Positions 45,539 to 57,200 of a stretch of DNA of 64,000 nucleotides are shown one piece after another. The position numbers and the translations under genes were made by a program. The first letter of the stretch is position 1, and each line of letters opens with the position of its first letter. The notes under the pieces are model-generated. The model was not told where the DNA came from. It worked only from the letters and a program-made list of their open reading frames with translations, and did not search any database. Source of the DNA: Eukaryota sp. TZLM1-RC (Eukaryota; Protista; Metamonada: BaSk clade); the NCBI GenBank assembly GCA_040285825.1, contig JAUPSS010000003.1, forward strand, positions 1,612,001 through 1,676,000. The letters run 5' to 3'.

Positions 45539-46744
45539 ATGTCAGAACTGGAGCTTTTACAATCTAAAATAGTCCAAATTGAAGCTTCAGTCTTCGAATG
45601 GAAGTCGCGACAGCAAGCTTATACGAGTCATCTTTGCAAACTTCTAGATGAAGCCAACATTAAATATCCTTCTTTTGAAACCTTTCATAACCATCAACAT
45701 ACTCCTTCTGTTAATGTTAAAAATGAACCGGATTCTCCAATTCCTCCCTCGCCCACTGAACCTGCTCCAATACCTCCCACCTCTATTACAAGCCAAAAAC
45801 TCTCAGAATCTTGGGAACTCATACCAAAACTTCCCAATCCCATAGTTCTCTCCACGTACTATTCCATGGAGTTTCCTTCTATCGTATGCTGTGCTGCTAT
45901 CTCCAATGATGACACTTACTTAGCTGTGGGGTATAGAGAAGGATGTGCTATCATCAATTTAACCACTGGGAACTTTCAAACCCACTCCCTTGCTTCCCAA
46001 TTTTCCGGGTTTTTTGTCAGGTCTCTTGCCTTTTCTGGTGACGGCAACTCACTTATTGTAGCTGTTGAAGAACATCCACTTTCTCTTTTGGACCTCTCTT
46101 CCAGCCAAGTTCGTCCCCTCTACCATCTAGACTCTCCTGAATGGAAGGACTGTGAAACATTGGGGGTAGTCACCTCAGATGATGGCAAGTTTACTGCCTC
46201 AACTGATAAACTAATTAGATTGTGGGACGAGAAATTTAATTTAGTAGCTACTTTCGGAGCCCAACAGGTCTACACGTGCATCGCCGTCTCTTCTGATTCA
46301 AAATACTTGGCCGCTGGGACCAATAGTGGTGAAGTTTTTGTTATAGATTTAGAGCAAATGGTGATACGGACTGTACTCAAAGGGCACGAGCATGCTGTTT
46401 TAGGGGTTTGTTTCTGTCAAAATTCCTCTTTTCTCGCTTCGTCTTCATTGGATAAGACGACTCGTATTTGGAATAATGATTTTGCTTCTGTGGCTGTCCT
46501 TGAGGGACATGATGATTTTGTGTTGGCAAATTCGTTTTCTAATTGTGGTAAATGGCTCTTTACGGGATCAAAAGATCAAAATATTATTATTTGGAGGACT
46601 GATGATTGGAAAATTGATAGTATTTTAAAGTGTCATTCTAATTCTATTATTGGAATAGTGGCCTCTCAAAAAAGCTCCATGTTCACTTCTGTAAGTGGAG
46701 ATAAGACCCTAAAATTACATTCTTTTAAAAAACCTGAAAACTAA
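45539..46744 (+). CDS. Tup1-like WD40 protein (N-terminal coiled coil, Pro-rich linker, 7-blade propeller)
   Basis: SIVCCAAISNDDTYLAVG, FVRSLAFSGDG, GHEHAVLGVCF...SSSLDKTTRIW, GHDDFVLA...GSKDQNIIIW, HSNSII follow the Tup1 blade order. Confidence 0.75.
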   Translation: MSELELLQSKIVQIEASVFEWKSRQQAYTSHLCKLLDEANIKYPSFETFHNHQHTPSVNVKNEPDSPIPPSPTEPAPIPPTSITSQKLSESWELIPKLPNPIVLSTYYSMEFPSIVCCAAISNDDTYLAVGYREGCAIINLTTGNFQTHSLASQFSGFFVRSLAFSGDGNSLIVAVEEHPLSLLDLSSSQVRPLYHLDSPEWKDCETLGVVTSDDGKFTASTDKLIRLWDEKFNLVATFGAQQVYTCIAVSSDSKYLAAGTNSGEVFVIDLEQMVIRTVLKGHEHAVLGVCFCQNSSFLASSSLDKTTRIWNNDFASVAVLEGHDDFVLANSFSNCGKWLFTGSKDQNIIIWRTDDWKIDSILKCHSNSIIGIVASQKSSMFTSVSGDKTLKLHSFKKPEN

Positions 46745-46774
46745 AATAAATTGTATTAAATAAATTGTTGTGTT

Positions 46775-47530
46775 GTTTGTAACAAAAATGAGATTATATT
46801 TGAATATTCCTATTAATCCATAATTATCAAAAAAAATGTATTTGTTCGAATTCACCCCAAGTCATTTTGCGCCATGCTCTGAATTGTTCTAAATCGATAA
46901 CTTATCGTTCTTCATTACATGATGCTGTTAGAGACACTGTCTCTATTATGGCACGACATGCAAGAATTTCGTGTATCAAAGAGCCTCTGCTAAAAGAAAC
47001 ACTTTCATTGAATAATTTTGGTTCTGAAGACAGAGGTGATATATACTGTGATTGGATTGATAATTCTGAAGCTATTGTTGACTTTGTCTAATGTAATGTT
47101 GCAAATGATACTTTGGTTCACAGAAGAAAACTTAATCCTGTGAGTGCTCTTGATTTTAAAGCAAAAGAAAAACATAGAAAATATGATAAAGATATTGAAG
47201 AGGCTAATGCTGATAGAAATACACAGCTGGTTTTTATTGCTTTCCCATTTTCGATAAATGGAAGATTATCAGATGAAGCAGAAACTTTTTTGAATGACTT
47301 CCAAAAAATGGTTCAAGAAAAATCAATGAAAAGATTTGACATTTTTTTTGGCGTTCTCGGATTCAATTTGCCATTATTAATAGATTACCTCGGTTTTTCA
47401 ACCGAATAAGGGAAGCTTTAGCTAGGCAGCAAGCAGATCAAGATTTTGTAGAGGAAATCTTGGTTCAATGATAGTCGTCCCATTAGTTATGAGTTAATTT
47501 AATTAAGTGTGCATGTTCAATAAATAAACG
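46775..47530 (+). mobile_element. RLE family A, 5'-truncated copy
   Basis: Highly similar to 4460-5215, with an in-frame stop at 47089-47091. Confidence 0.9.
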
Positions 47531-47544
47531 AGAATTTGTATTAT

Positions 47545-48180
47545 TATTTTATTATTTATTATTATTTATTAATTTTACAAAGAGACAAAACAAAACAAAC
47601 TAAAACACATATAAAACAAAATTCTCCACGCCAACTATTGATGAATCCTTATACAGCTTGGACATCATGAAATTTAAGTATTTGGGCACACTTCTGTACA
47701 AAGCAAAAATGATACTTCCATAAATTCCCTGCAAAATTCTTACCACTTGAAGGAAATCAATTATCAAATTCATTGAAAAAAATTCAGGGCAGACTGGCCA
47801 ATGTTGCCAAAAATCGAGAAGGCAAAAGGAAAAAACGAAAACTTCAAGTAAAGGTTCTTATTTATTTAAATCATTTGATATACTCAGTATCTGAGTCTCT
47901 TTTACGGTCATCAGCCTTGTTTAAATGACCATTAGAAATAATTAAAACATCATCACGATAAATAAAAGCAAAGGGATCAACTGTAGTAAAATCAACAACA
48001 ACCGGAAAGGAATGCACAAAAGGAGCAATTAAATCACCTCGAAGTGAATTAAACAAACAATTATCGCTATAATGCTTCAACAACGGTTCTACTTTGCAAC
48101 TTAAATTGTAACACTGAAACATCTCATTTGTCATATCACGAACGGCATTTTGAAGAACTGATCGATATTGAAGAAATTTC
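47545..48180 (-). mobile_element. RLE family D, 3' fragment
   Basis: VEPLL...RGDLIAPF...VVVDFTTVDP...KADDRK. Tail homologous to 39130-39420. Confidence 0.8.
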
Positions 48181-50750
48181 TTACTATTTTATTATTATTT
48201 TTAGTTGTTTGATTTTCTTAGTTCTGTCCATATACATCCGTTTCAATTAAGTCGTATTTCAGTATTGTGAACAAAATCCAACAGTAATTACTGTAGACCC
48301 GAGAGAATTCACTTCTGTCTCAGGCTCTGCTCGCGTACATTTTGTTGCCCCGTATTTAAAACATACCAGTCGAGAATCCATCTCGCGCTATGTTGAGGCT
48401 TTTAACATTAACGCGTCCCGTATGTCCAATCATGTTATACCGACATGACAAGATATCCTCCTTCCACTTACGCTCAGTCTTTCTGCAGCTCTGGCGCCCC
48501 CTGGTTCTCCTCCTGTCTCGCCGAAAGCTCTCAGCTACAGTCTCTCAACAAGGAGATAGCTGAGCTGAAAGCTAGACTTTCCTCTACCTCCGGAACTGAT
48601 AGCCTGTTTAACAGTTCTTTTGAATCTGCCATCGTTCCCCGCCAAAAGAGTGAGTCCTCTTCTCGCTCTTCAGAGCACAAGATCACTGGGCATGGCGTGC
48701 GGTTGGTTATTAAGCTCATGCATGCATTTTTGGACGTGCTTGTTCATGTCTGTAAAAATGTTGGACCACAAATAATCGCTATTTTTAAGTTTGTTCAGGC
48801 TTTCAGTTTTGCTAAGAATGTCCATAATGTTTGATTTGGGAATCACAATTTTGTTGTCATGAGACATAAACAAATCAAGTTGATTATTATGCACACAGTT
48901 GTTGAAAGAGGGCCCTTTGGAAGCAAGCAGTTTATGGACAATAGCATTTTCATCGCGAAAGGGGATGGATTGTAAGAGGACTACAATCAATACCTTTTTT
49001 GTTTGGAGTTTCACTAAAAACATCGCTAATAATTATCAATAGACTCGTTCATTTTAATCTATTATCATTATCATCTAATTTTATCTCACATCCAAATATA
49101 GTTAGTTGCCCCTCAAAATCAGAAAGATTTGGTGATTGGATATCTAAGTTCCCAATCCAATGTTGAGCGATTCTAGAGTCGAATTCTGATTCTGCATTTA
49201 ACAACGTGTGGTGTTTTTTGTCCAATATAATGAAAGGACCATTATCTGTCTGGAGGCCGAAGTGATTTTAACATGTCTATTCCAATTAATAATTTGTTCG
49301 AACCCAAGATAATGGGTAGAGTATGTTTGTAATGAACTTGTTGTCCAATGTCTTCTACGTTGAACGACACAATACCAGTTGTACTTCCTAGCAATTTTGT
49401 AGAAACGTTAGCAGCTGGCAACAACTGAAGAGTATCTTTAGTGTTGATTGACACATGGCATTGTTCAGCTAAATCTACAGTAATAACCTAACAAAATTCA
49501 GCCAAATTAATAGTCGCAATCATTTCAATATCATATATTGATATTTTCAGTCTTAGAAATGGAGAAGGCTGGTATCTGATGTGGTTTTCACTAACCGTAG
49601 AATTAATATCAAAAATAATGTTGATATCAGGGATGGTATGGTGGATTTGTAGAAGAATTAAAAGTTTCTGTTGAGCTGTTGGGAAGTTGTTGACATGACA
49701 GGGTTTGCTAAATCGGTTGTTGATTGATTGTGAATGATTGCATTGATGTGTACCCGATTTGGAAAGTTGCCTGTCCTGCTGTTCCGGTTGCTGTTATTGA
49801 TCCGTTTGTGAGGAACCGTGCCCGAATAGGTCGGTTTTAACTTAGTAGGGGATGCGTTTGATGATATCTCATCTGTTGTGTTGGTGTTATAGACAGGTTT
49901 ACATTGACCTCTTCCTTTATGTCTTCTGAAACGGCCTCCTCGGCCTCTAAATCTAAACCTATTTACAAGTCTACTTCAGCCACCTCGGCCCCTGTCTACA
50001 ATGTTTGTAATAGCAGGCACTTCAGATTCTTCTTATTTGAATCCTTTTTCTTGTGGTACTCTGCTTCTGGAACAATGAGGGTCTTTGCATTCAAATACAA
50101 TGTGACTCACAGGGTTGTTACGTTCGAAGTTGCTACAGAATGTACACAATTTTAAAAACTTTTCGTTCGCGCTTTTCAGGGATGTATTTTTGTTGAGGTG
50201 TTGTCCCTTGACTTTCCACCTAAACGGCTTGTCGTTTTGCTGGAGCCTGGGCTGATGGTGTTGTTCCCATTGAATAAGTTCTCATCGCTGTGAGTCCCAA
50301 AGGAATATCCTCTTCATTTGCACGGTTCCTTGGAGTGTCCACAGTGGGTTTGTTTTCTGCTGTAAAACACCAAGCGAGGAAGTGCCTTCTAGTGGTCGAT
50401 ATTAAATCGAGTATAGTTGTTCTGCTAGGCGAGTCCAACAAAAATTTTATTATCCATACTGCGAGGAGTTCGCTTGGTATAGCGAAGTTATCGAATCCCA
50501 TGAGGAAGTATTCTGCTATTAGAGCAGGGGATATGGTTATCAACCCACCGCTTATTCTCAACAAGTCACAGATGGTATAAGAGATGACTTTCAAAAAGTT
50601 GTTCCTTCAAAGCTGAGTTCTGAAGATGCTCTACAAACAGCCAGTAACGTCCCTTTTGCTTAATGAATTATACAAAAAAAACATGGTTCCTTTTTCAGAA
50701 TAAGTCAACATCGAATATCCCCTTTTAGACAGAATGGCAAATTGTATAAA
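48180..50750 (-). mobile_element. Heavily decayed Ty3/Gypsy LTR element (gag-, protease- and integrase-linker relics); LTRs not recognised
   Basis: 49242-49454 (GIVSFNV...LPIILGSNKLLIGIDML) is homologous to the protease of the 10861-13875 element. 48670-49023 (KIVIP...YLWSNIFTDMNKHVQKC) resembles the integrase Zn-binding region. A C..F.R...SH..EC knuckle-like relic lies near 50080-50145. Confidence 0.65.
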
Positions 50751-50905
50751 GAATGAGCATGGACATAAAATGAATAAGAAGAAGAAAATAAAGAAAATTC
50801 GTGTGAACCAGTGGTAGAAATCAGAACGTTGTATCGAAGTTGCTTAATCGAACACCAGTTTCAGTGTGGTTTAGACTTATTGTAAATTCTTTCAAAGTAG
50901 TTGAC

Positions 50906-51613
50906 ATGAATTTGCAAAATTTTATTGATTCTTCACACCCCACAGAAATGACGGGATCGATTCAAAACAAGGGTGTTGCCGAAGCTGGATCTGGTCTATT
51001 CCTATGTGAACAGGACCCATTTGCCCATTTGACGCCTCTGAATAAGACAAAGGAAGGTTCAGAGGAGCATTGGCATGTTCCGCAAGTTTTGATTCACAAT
51101 GTTGGTGCCACCTTTAACGTGAAATGCAAGTTGGATCTCAGGCACATAGCGAGATATGTTAAAAACAGTGAGTACAACCCTAGAAGGACAAGTTTCGTGA
51201 TCCTGCGTTTAGAGAAACCTCGCGCAACAGCATGGGTCTATGCAAATGGGAATATAAACATTATTGGTGCAAAAGGAGAGGAAGAAGCAACAAAAGTCGC
51301 TCCTGTGATCTATAAGCAGTTGCGAAAGGCCAACTTCCCCGTGCGACTCGAAAAGTTCCAAATTACCAACGTTATGGGAACAATCGACATGGGCATATGG
51401 GTAGACGTACGGGCTCTTCACATGGGTAATCCAAGAAACACAGAGTTTGATTCAGAACACCCTCATTCAGTTACGTTGCTGATGAACAATCCCAGAGTAA
51501 AAGCAGTCATCTACCACACTGGAAAAATCAAATTTAATTCAGCAAAGTCTAGAAAGGATATTGACATTGCCGCTAAAGAGATTCAAGGTGTGGTGCGGAA
51601 GTTCAAAATTTAA
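50906..51613 (+). CDS. Divergent TATA-binding protein or TBP-related factor (alternative start at 50948)
   Basis: Two TBP repeats: IHNVGATFNVKCKLDLRHIA...NSEYNPRR...GAKGEEEA and FQITNVMGTIDM...TGKIKFNSAKSRKDI. Confidence 0.88.
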   Translation: MNLQNFIDSSHPTEMTGSIQNKGVAEAGSGLFLCEQDPFAHLTPLNKTKEGSEEHWHVPQVLIHNVGATFNVKCKLDLRHIARYVKNSEYNPRRTSFVILRLEKPRATAWVYANGNINIIGAKGEEEATKVAPVIYKQLRKANFPVRLEKFQITNVMGTIDMGIWVDVRALHMGNPRNTEFDSEHPHSVTLLMNNPRVKAVIYHTGKIKFNSAKSRKDIDIAAKEIQGVVRKFKI

Positions 51614-51830
51614 ATATTTTGTACTCAATTTGTATTAAAATAACGATTTTTCTGGTCAATATTGGAGAGAAAAATTAACATTATTAGTAATCTCAATGAG
51701 CATTCATTAAACCTGCTTTTTTTAGAAAGAAAACTTTGTGGAACAATAACAAAAGTTCACAAATTGAACAGCAGAAACGAAAAACAAATTTTATTAATTT
51801 AAATAGTGTACAATTCTAGAAAAAATTCCA

Positions 51831-53669
51831 TTAGTAATTTTCAATTTTTTCTAATAACAATTTCGCCAACATCTCAATAGGATCATCAGGACGAACTTCT
51901 ACAACTTTTGTTAGACACTCAGTAACTTCCGGCATTACATTAGCTAAAAGATAGTCTTTTAAAGGTTTAGATTTTGCCTCTAAAAGTTCCTTCGCGTTTA
52001 AATCTAATTGAGAAACTTGCTCAGAGATCACTGCATCTGCTTGTTTTTCAGTCTCTTCAATCTCATCTTTTTGCTCTACTTCTTCTATGTCATGTATATC
52101 ACCAGATTGAGAAGATGAACTTTCAGGAAAGTTGAAACCAACATTCTTGGCAAAATACTGTGCGATTAAATCATTTCCCATTGTCTCCACGTCAATTTCA
52201 ATAAAATCGGCTCCAATTTCGGAATTTAAAAATGTGTGTAAACAATCGTCCACTTCATGATCCTCTGATGATCTATTTTCGAAATATTTGGCATAAAGAT
52301 CATCAAATTGATCATCACCTGTCATAGAAGCGCCATAACTTGCCCTTAAATAATCCTTACTACCAGTCAAATTCAAGACATAATCAATCTTTTTTGATTG
52401 GTCATCACCTTCCTCGTCTTCGTCACCATCACCGTCAACAGTCATAAGCTCCTTGTAATCATTGATAGAATTAATTATACCTTCAACCACAAAACCACAT
52501 TTTTTTGCTTCTAAATCAGAATGAATTACACTAGCCAGCTTTTTCAAATCGGAAACTGGCTCATCGTTGACGTCATCATCAACGTCATCATTTGATTGAA
52601 CATTTGATTGATTATTTGATTGAATTTCCAATAATGACTCTTGATTAAATAATGGTATATTGAATAAATTTGAAACATTTTTCGCAATTTCAGTTGAACT
52701 ACTTCCTGGTGGTCCATCAATGAGAATGATAAAGGACCTATGATCTTGAAACTTCCTGAAATCTTCTTCAATATTTGACCACTCGTCGATAAATCCTTTA
52801 CTGAGCTCTTCTTCGTCGAAATTTTCAGTCATCCAGTTAGATTCGACATATTGATCTGTGACTATCAGATCTGATTGCCTCGATTTGATTGATGGATTAG
52901 GGTTAGAATCAGCACTAATCACATCACCAGTACCTAACCGTTCAGAAATCAAACCAATCATTTCTGATTGGGTGACGTGAGAGTTGTCAACACAGAGAAT
53001 ATACTCATGACCTTCAGGCAGAGGAGAAGAAAACATAAGCTTATCCAAAACACCAATCAAATCAGTCACGTAAGTCAACGCAAGTCTGTTATCACCTTCC
53101 GATTCCAGAGCAAGTGATTCATTGTTCCATGCAGCATTAAAATAGGGCAAAAGAAAGGATTCGCCTAAACCATACAATATTCCTACATTAACAATTGAAA
53201 CTTGATGTAGGCCTTTGCAGAGCTTATGGACGGTTCTTTCGAGGTTGAAGAGTTCACGGTAGGCAATGTGAGGACGGCGGGAGGAGGAATGCTCTTCTGT
53301 AAATGGTGAATCTTCGTCTTCCAGAGGGGTACGTGCCCATGTTAAGGAAGATGAAATGCAGATGATGGTCTTTGACTCTGTGCTGCATTGAGGAGTGCAG
53401 AGGTGATTGAGGAGTGGTAGGAAGAAGGACCTGTCATCACGGATATCAGCAATGATCACATTAGCAGAAGTAGCAGCTTCATTGACACGAAAAGTGTCTG
53501 AAGAATTTATGACAGATGTAACTATGCGTGACTGGGCAAATGGAAAATCTTCTGTCGCTGAAGAAACAACAGTGAGCTTGGGTTGATGGGGTTTGGTAGA
53601 ATAGAAATGTAGAAGTGCCTTTAAAACGTGAACATCTTCTGCTATAAGAAGAACTGAAGGAGAGTTCAT
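51831..53669 (-). CDS. AK7: Adenylate kinase 7-like flagellar protein (SDR-like domain, degenerate AK domain, Dpy-30 motif)
   Basis: ISSSLTWART...PFTEE...RRPH, GILYGLGE, ILIDGPPGSSST, C-terminal PLKDYLLANVMPEVTECL...RPDDPIEMLA. The first plausible ATG is 53669. Confidence 0.85.
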   Translation of the reverse strand: MNSPSVLLIAEDVHVLKALLHFYSTKPHQPKLTVVSSATEDFPFAQSRIVTSVINSSDTFRVNEAATSANVIIADIRDDRSFFLPLLNHLCTPQCSTESKTIICISSSLTWARTPLEDEDSPFTEEHSSSRRPHIAYRELFNLERTVHKLCKGLHQVSIVNVGILYGLGESFLLPYFNAAWNNESLALESEGDNRLALTYVTDLIGVLDKLMFSSPLPEGHEYILCVDNSHVTQSEMIGLISERLGTGDVISADSNPNPSIKSRQSDLIVTDQYVESNWMTENFDEEELSKGFIDEWSNIEEDFRKFQDHRSFIILIDGPPGSSSTEIAKNVSNLFNIPLFNQESLLEIQSNNQSNVQSNDDVDDDVNDEPVSDLKKLASVIHSDLEAKKCGFVVEGIINSINDYKELMTVDGDGDEDEEGDDQSKKIDYVLNLTGSKDYLRASYGASMTGDDQFDDLYAKYFENRSSEDHEVDDCLHTFLNSEIGADFIEIDVETMGNDLIAQYFAKNVGFNFPESSSSQSGDIHDIEEVEQKDEIEETEKQADAVISEQVSQLDLNAKELLEAKSKPLKDYLLANVMPEVTECLTKVVEVRPDDPIEMLAKLLLEKIENY

Positions 53670-53704
53670 TGTTGGGGAGATGAAATCTTTGAAACAAAAA
53701 ACAA

Positions 53705-54750
53705 TAATATATTGAATTTGCACACTTAATTAAATTAACTCATAACTAATGGGACGACTATCATTGAACCAAGATTTCCTCTACAAAATCTTGATCTGCT
53801 TGCTGTCTAGCTAAAGCTTCTGTTATTAAATTGAAAAACCGAGGTAATCTATTAATAATGGCAAATTGAATCCGTGAACGCCATAAAAAAATATCAAATC
53901 TTTTCATTGTTTTTTCTTGCACCATTTTTTGGAAGTCATCCAAAAAAGTTTCTGCTTCAACTGATAATCTTCCATTTATCGAAAATGGGAAAACAATAAA
54001 AACCAGCTGTGTATTTCTATCGACATTTGCCTCTTAAATTTCTTTATCATATTTTCTATGTTTTTCTTTTGCTTTAAAATCCAGAGCAGCCACAGGATTA
54101 AGTTTTCTTCTGTGAACCAAAGTATCATTTGCAACATTACATGAGACAAAGTCAACAATAGCTTCAGAATTATCAATCCAATCACAGTATACATCACCTC
54201 TATCATCAGAACCAAAATTATTCAATGACAGTGTTTCCTTCAGCAGAGGTTCTTTGATACACGAGATTCTTGCAGTTTGTGACATATTAAAAACAGTGTC
54301 TCTAACAGCATCATGTACTGAAGAACGACAAGTCATCATTTTCGAACAATTCAGAGCATGTCGCAAAGTGAGCCGAGGTGAATTCGAACAATTACATTTT
54401 TCTTTTGATAATAATTGATTAATGGGGATATTCAAATATAATCTCATTTTTGTTACAAACGCTTCATTAGTAGCACACAGTCCAAATCTTCGTGGTGACA
54501 AACAGTGAAGATTCTGATGACTGGTTTTCACAAACACCCTTTTCCAATAACAATGAGTGAAGATCTTGATTTAAAACAGCCGAGTTGCATATATTATTGT
54601 AAAGATCATTTTCATACATTTCAGTCAATCGTTTCTGAAGTGTTCGAAGAGTGTATTTTATATTTAAAAAATTCTTTTCCGGAATATTGCCATTGAATGA
54701 TTAGGGAATGCATCGACTCCAGTTTTCTACATCAATTCTCCAAATTTCAT
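53705..54750 (-). mobile_element. RLE family A, 5'-truncated copy ending about 40-50 nt upstream of the AK7 ATG
   Basis: Highly similar to 4165-5205. Confidence 0.9.
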
Positions 54751-54779
54751 AAAATTATTCAACACTATTGGCCTCCAAC

Positions 54780-55850
54780 AGAACTTACTTAAATGTGATT
54801 TCAGAAGATCTATATAAATTTGAAATACACGCCTCAAACTTCACAATAAAAATGACCAGAATATATGAAGAATCTTTTAAACAAATTGCAGCTTTGCTGT
54901 TTTGATTCAAGATCTTCAGTCATTATTATTAGAAAAATGTGTATGTGCAATAAATCATCAGATTCATCACCGTTAACCTCCCAAAGTTAACCTCCATAGT
55001 GCCACAAAGATTCGGGCGATGTGCTGAGATCGAAATGATTGTAACAACATTGATTATATTTGAGTAATCCGATTGGCCAACTTCTGTTCAAAGAAACTAT
55101 GATTGTTTCACCATAACCTATCTTGAGCCATCCTCTCAATTGTCCTAAGTTGATTTCTTATCGTTTTTCATTACATTAAGCTGTGAGAGACACCGTTTTT
55201 GATATGGCAAGCAATGCAAGAATCTCTTGTATCACAGAGCCTTGGATCAGAAAAACGCTGTCATTGAGTAATTTCGGTTCTGATGACAGAGGTGATATAT
55301 ACTGTGACTGGATTGATAACTCTGAAGTTGTTGCTGATTTTGTCTTCTGTAATGTTACAAATGACCTTTTGGTTGAAAGAGGGAAACTCAATTTTGGTGA
55401 ATGCTCTTGAACACAAAGCAAAAAAATGAAAAACAATGAAACTATGACAAAGATATCGAAGAAGCTAATACTGATACAAACAGACCACTTGTTTTTATTG
55501 CTTTCCTACTTTCCATAAACGGAAGACTCTCAGTAGAAGCAGGAGATTTAATAATAACAGGAAAATAAAATAATTTGATTGGCTACAATATTTATTAAAA
55601 TTAAATAACAACTTATTGGACTAAAAATTCCAAAAATTAATTCAAATAGTAACAGTGAAGAAATTTGATTTCCTTGTATAACATTCTCCAATTCATATTG
55701 CCTTAATTAATCGAATGTCACAGTTCTTGATTGAATAAAAGAAGTAATGGCGATAAAGCAGGCAGATCAGGATTTTGTAGATTATATCAATGAATTTCGT
55801 TCCTTTAGATGTATGTTATTCTATTAAGCGTTGTATTTCATTAAAGTTTA
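54780..55850 (+). mobile_element. Older, diverged RLE family A-like copy
   Basis: RDTVFDMASNARISCITEP...SDDRGDIYCDWIDNS and QADQDFVDY tail. Confidence 0.8.
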
Positions 55851-56167
55851 TCTTCGAACGATTTTGGGTTCAAAACAGTTACTAAATTAACTTTAAGTCA
55901 TCTTCTATCTTAAACTCATCATAGAAGTTTTGCCTCCATGTTAGTTTTTGACATAGTAAATTCTTTATTTATGTTTTAATTGTTTCTTCAGAAATAAATG
56001 CTGCTGTCCCATAAAAATACAGCTACCTTTCCGATTCAGTAAAAAACAACAACAAATCTGACTGTGTGTCTGAATATTTATTCATTAACAAAATACCCAA
56101 ACATACCATGTTGGAGGGAAAACTTTCACTAAAAAGACAATTGACGATTCTACTTTGAACAAACAAA

Positions 56168-56861
56168 CTAATAATTTTCAACAATGGAAACCATTTCTTG
56201 AGGAACATCGGACTTAGCCTTTTCAATTGCTTGACTTCTGAGATTTCTGAGTGATTTTTGGGTTTGATACCAAGCAGCAGATTTGACCTTACGTTGGGAT
56301 TCTAATTTCTCAATAACGGGGCCATACTTCCATCCAACTTGGTTGGAGATTTGCTTCAAAACAGTGTACTTGCGGTGAGGGGCAAGTCTTAAATCTCTGA
56401 GAGCAGCTGGGATGACTTGGCGCTTCATCTTGTCATAGGGAGTGGGGACACCATCAAATACCTTCAATCTGTTGAGGGCAGCGTTACCCTTGTCGGTTCT
56501 CAAGGGAAGCATTCCACGAATGGTTCTCCAGACAATCCTGGAAGGAGCACGATAATGGAATTGTCCACGCTTGGGATTGGAGAGATGTCTCTTTCTCAAG
56601 TATGCAAGATACTTAACTTGGATTAAAGTACTAATGAAACAAACGTTGGTTTCGGATGACAGAGCCAGTCATGTTAACTTCTTCACAACGAACAACGACC
56701 TGAAATAAAAGAGGGGATCGTCAAACATACAACATGTTGGCCGGAAAGAAGTTCCTTGGCAATGACGGAAGCAAGGCGTCCAAGTAAGTGGCCTTTGCCA
56801 TCAACAATAACGGCTGAGATCAGACCACAGTCGATAAGAGGGACATACGTCCAGTAAACAT
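56168..56861 (-). CDS. RPL13A: 60S ribosomal protein uL13 (L13a), four exons
   Basis: Introns at 56814-56848 (35 nt), 56700-56730 (31 nt) and 56617-56644 (28 nt). Spliced product: [39 protein letters not shown]...[18 protein letters not shown]. Confidence 0.97.
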
Positions 56862-57200
56862 GGTGATGAGACAAAAGAAAAAGGGTTCAAAGGGAACAAT
56901 TCACCTTTATGAGAAATATATTCCAATAACACATATTTCCAATAAACTAAATGGACAGTGGTGTGACTCACTGTATGGTGAATCAGTGAAAATCACCGAA
57001 CTATTTGCTATTTAATTGAAATAAAATAATGAATGTTCATTCCTCTATTACTAAAGTGTTCAAACATGCATTGGCTAAGTTGTACTACATTCACAAACAA
57101 CAACATGTATTTCTCTTACCAGTTTGAGAAGCCATTTCAAAACTATTCAATTGTATATAAAACAATTTTACTAGAATGTATTTTCTTTCGCCTTTTAATA

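Noticed and set aside
57033-57200. N-terminal extension (targeting peptide) on SerRS
   Set aside because: The region is AT-rich promoter-like sequence shared with the divergent RPL13A gene, and homology starts at MLDI (57201).
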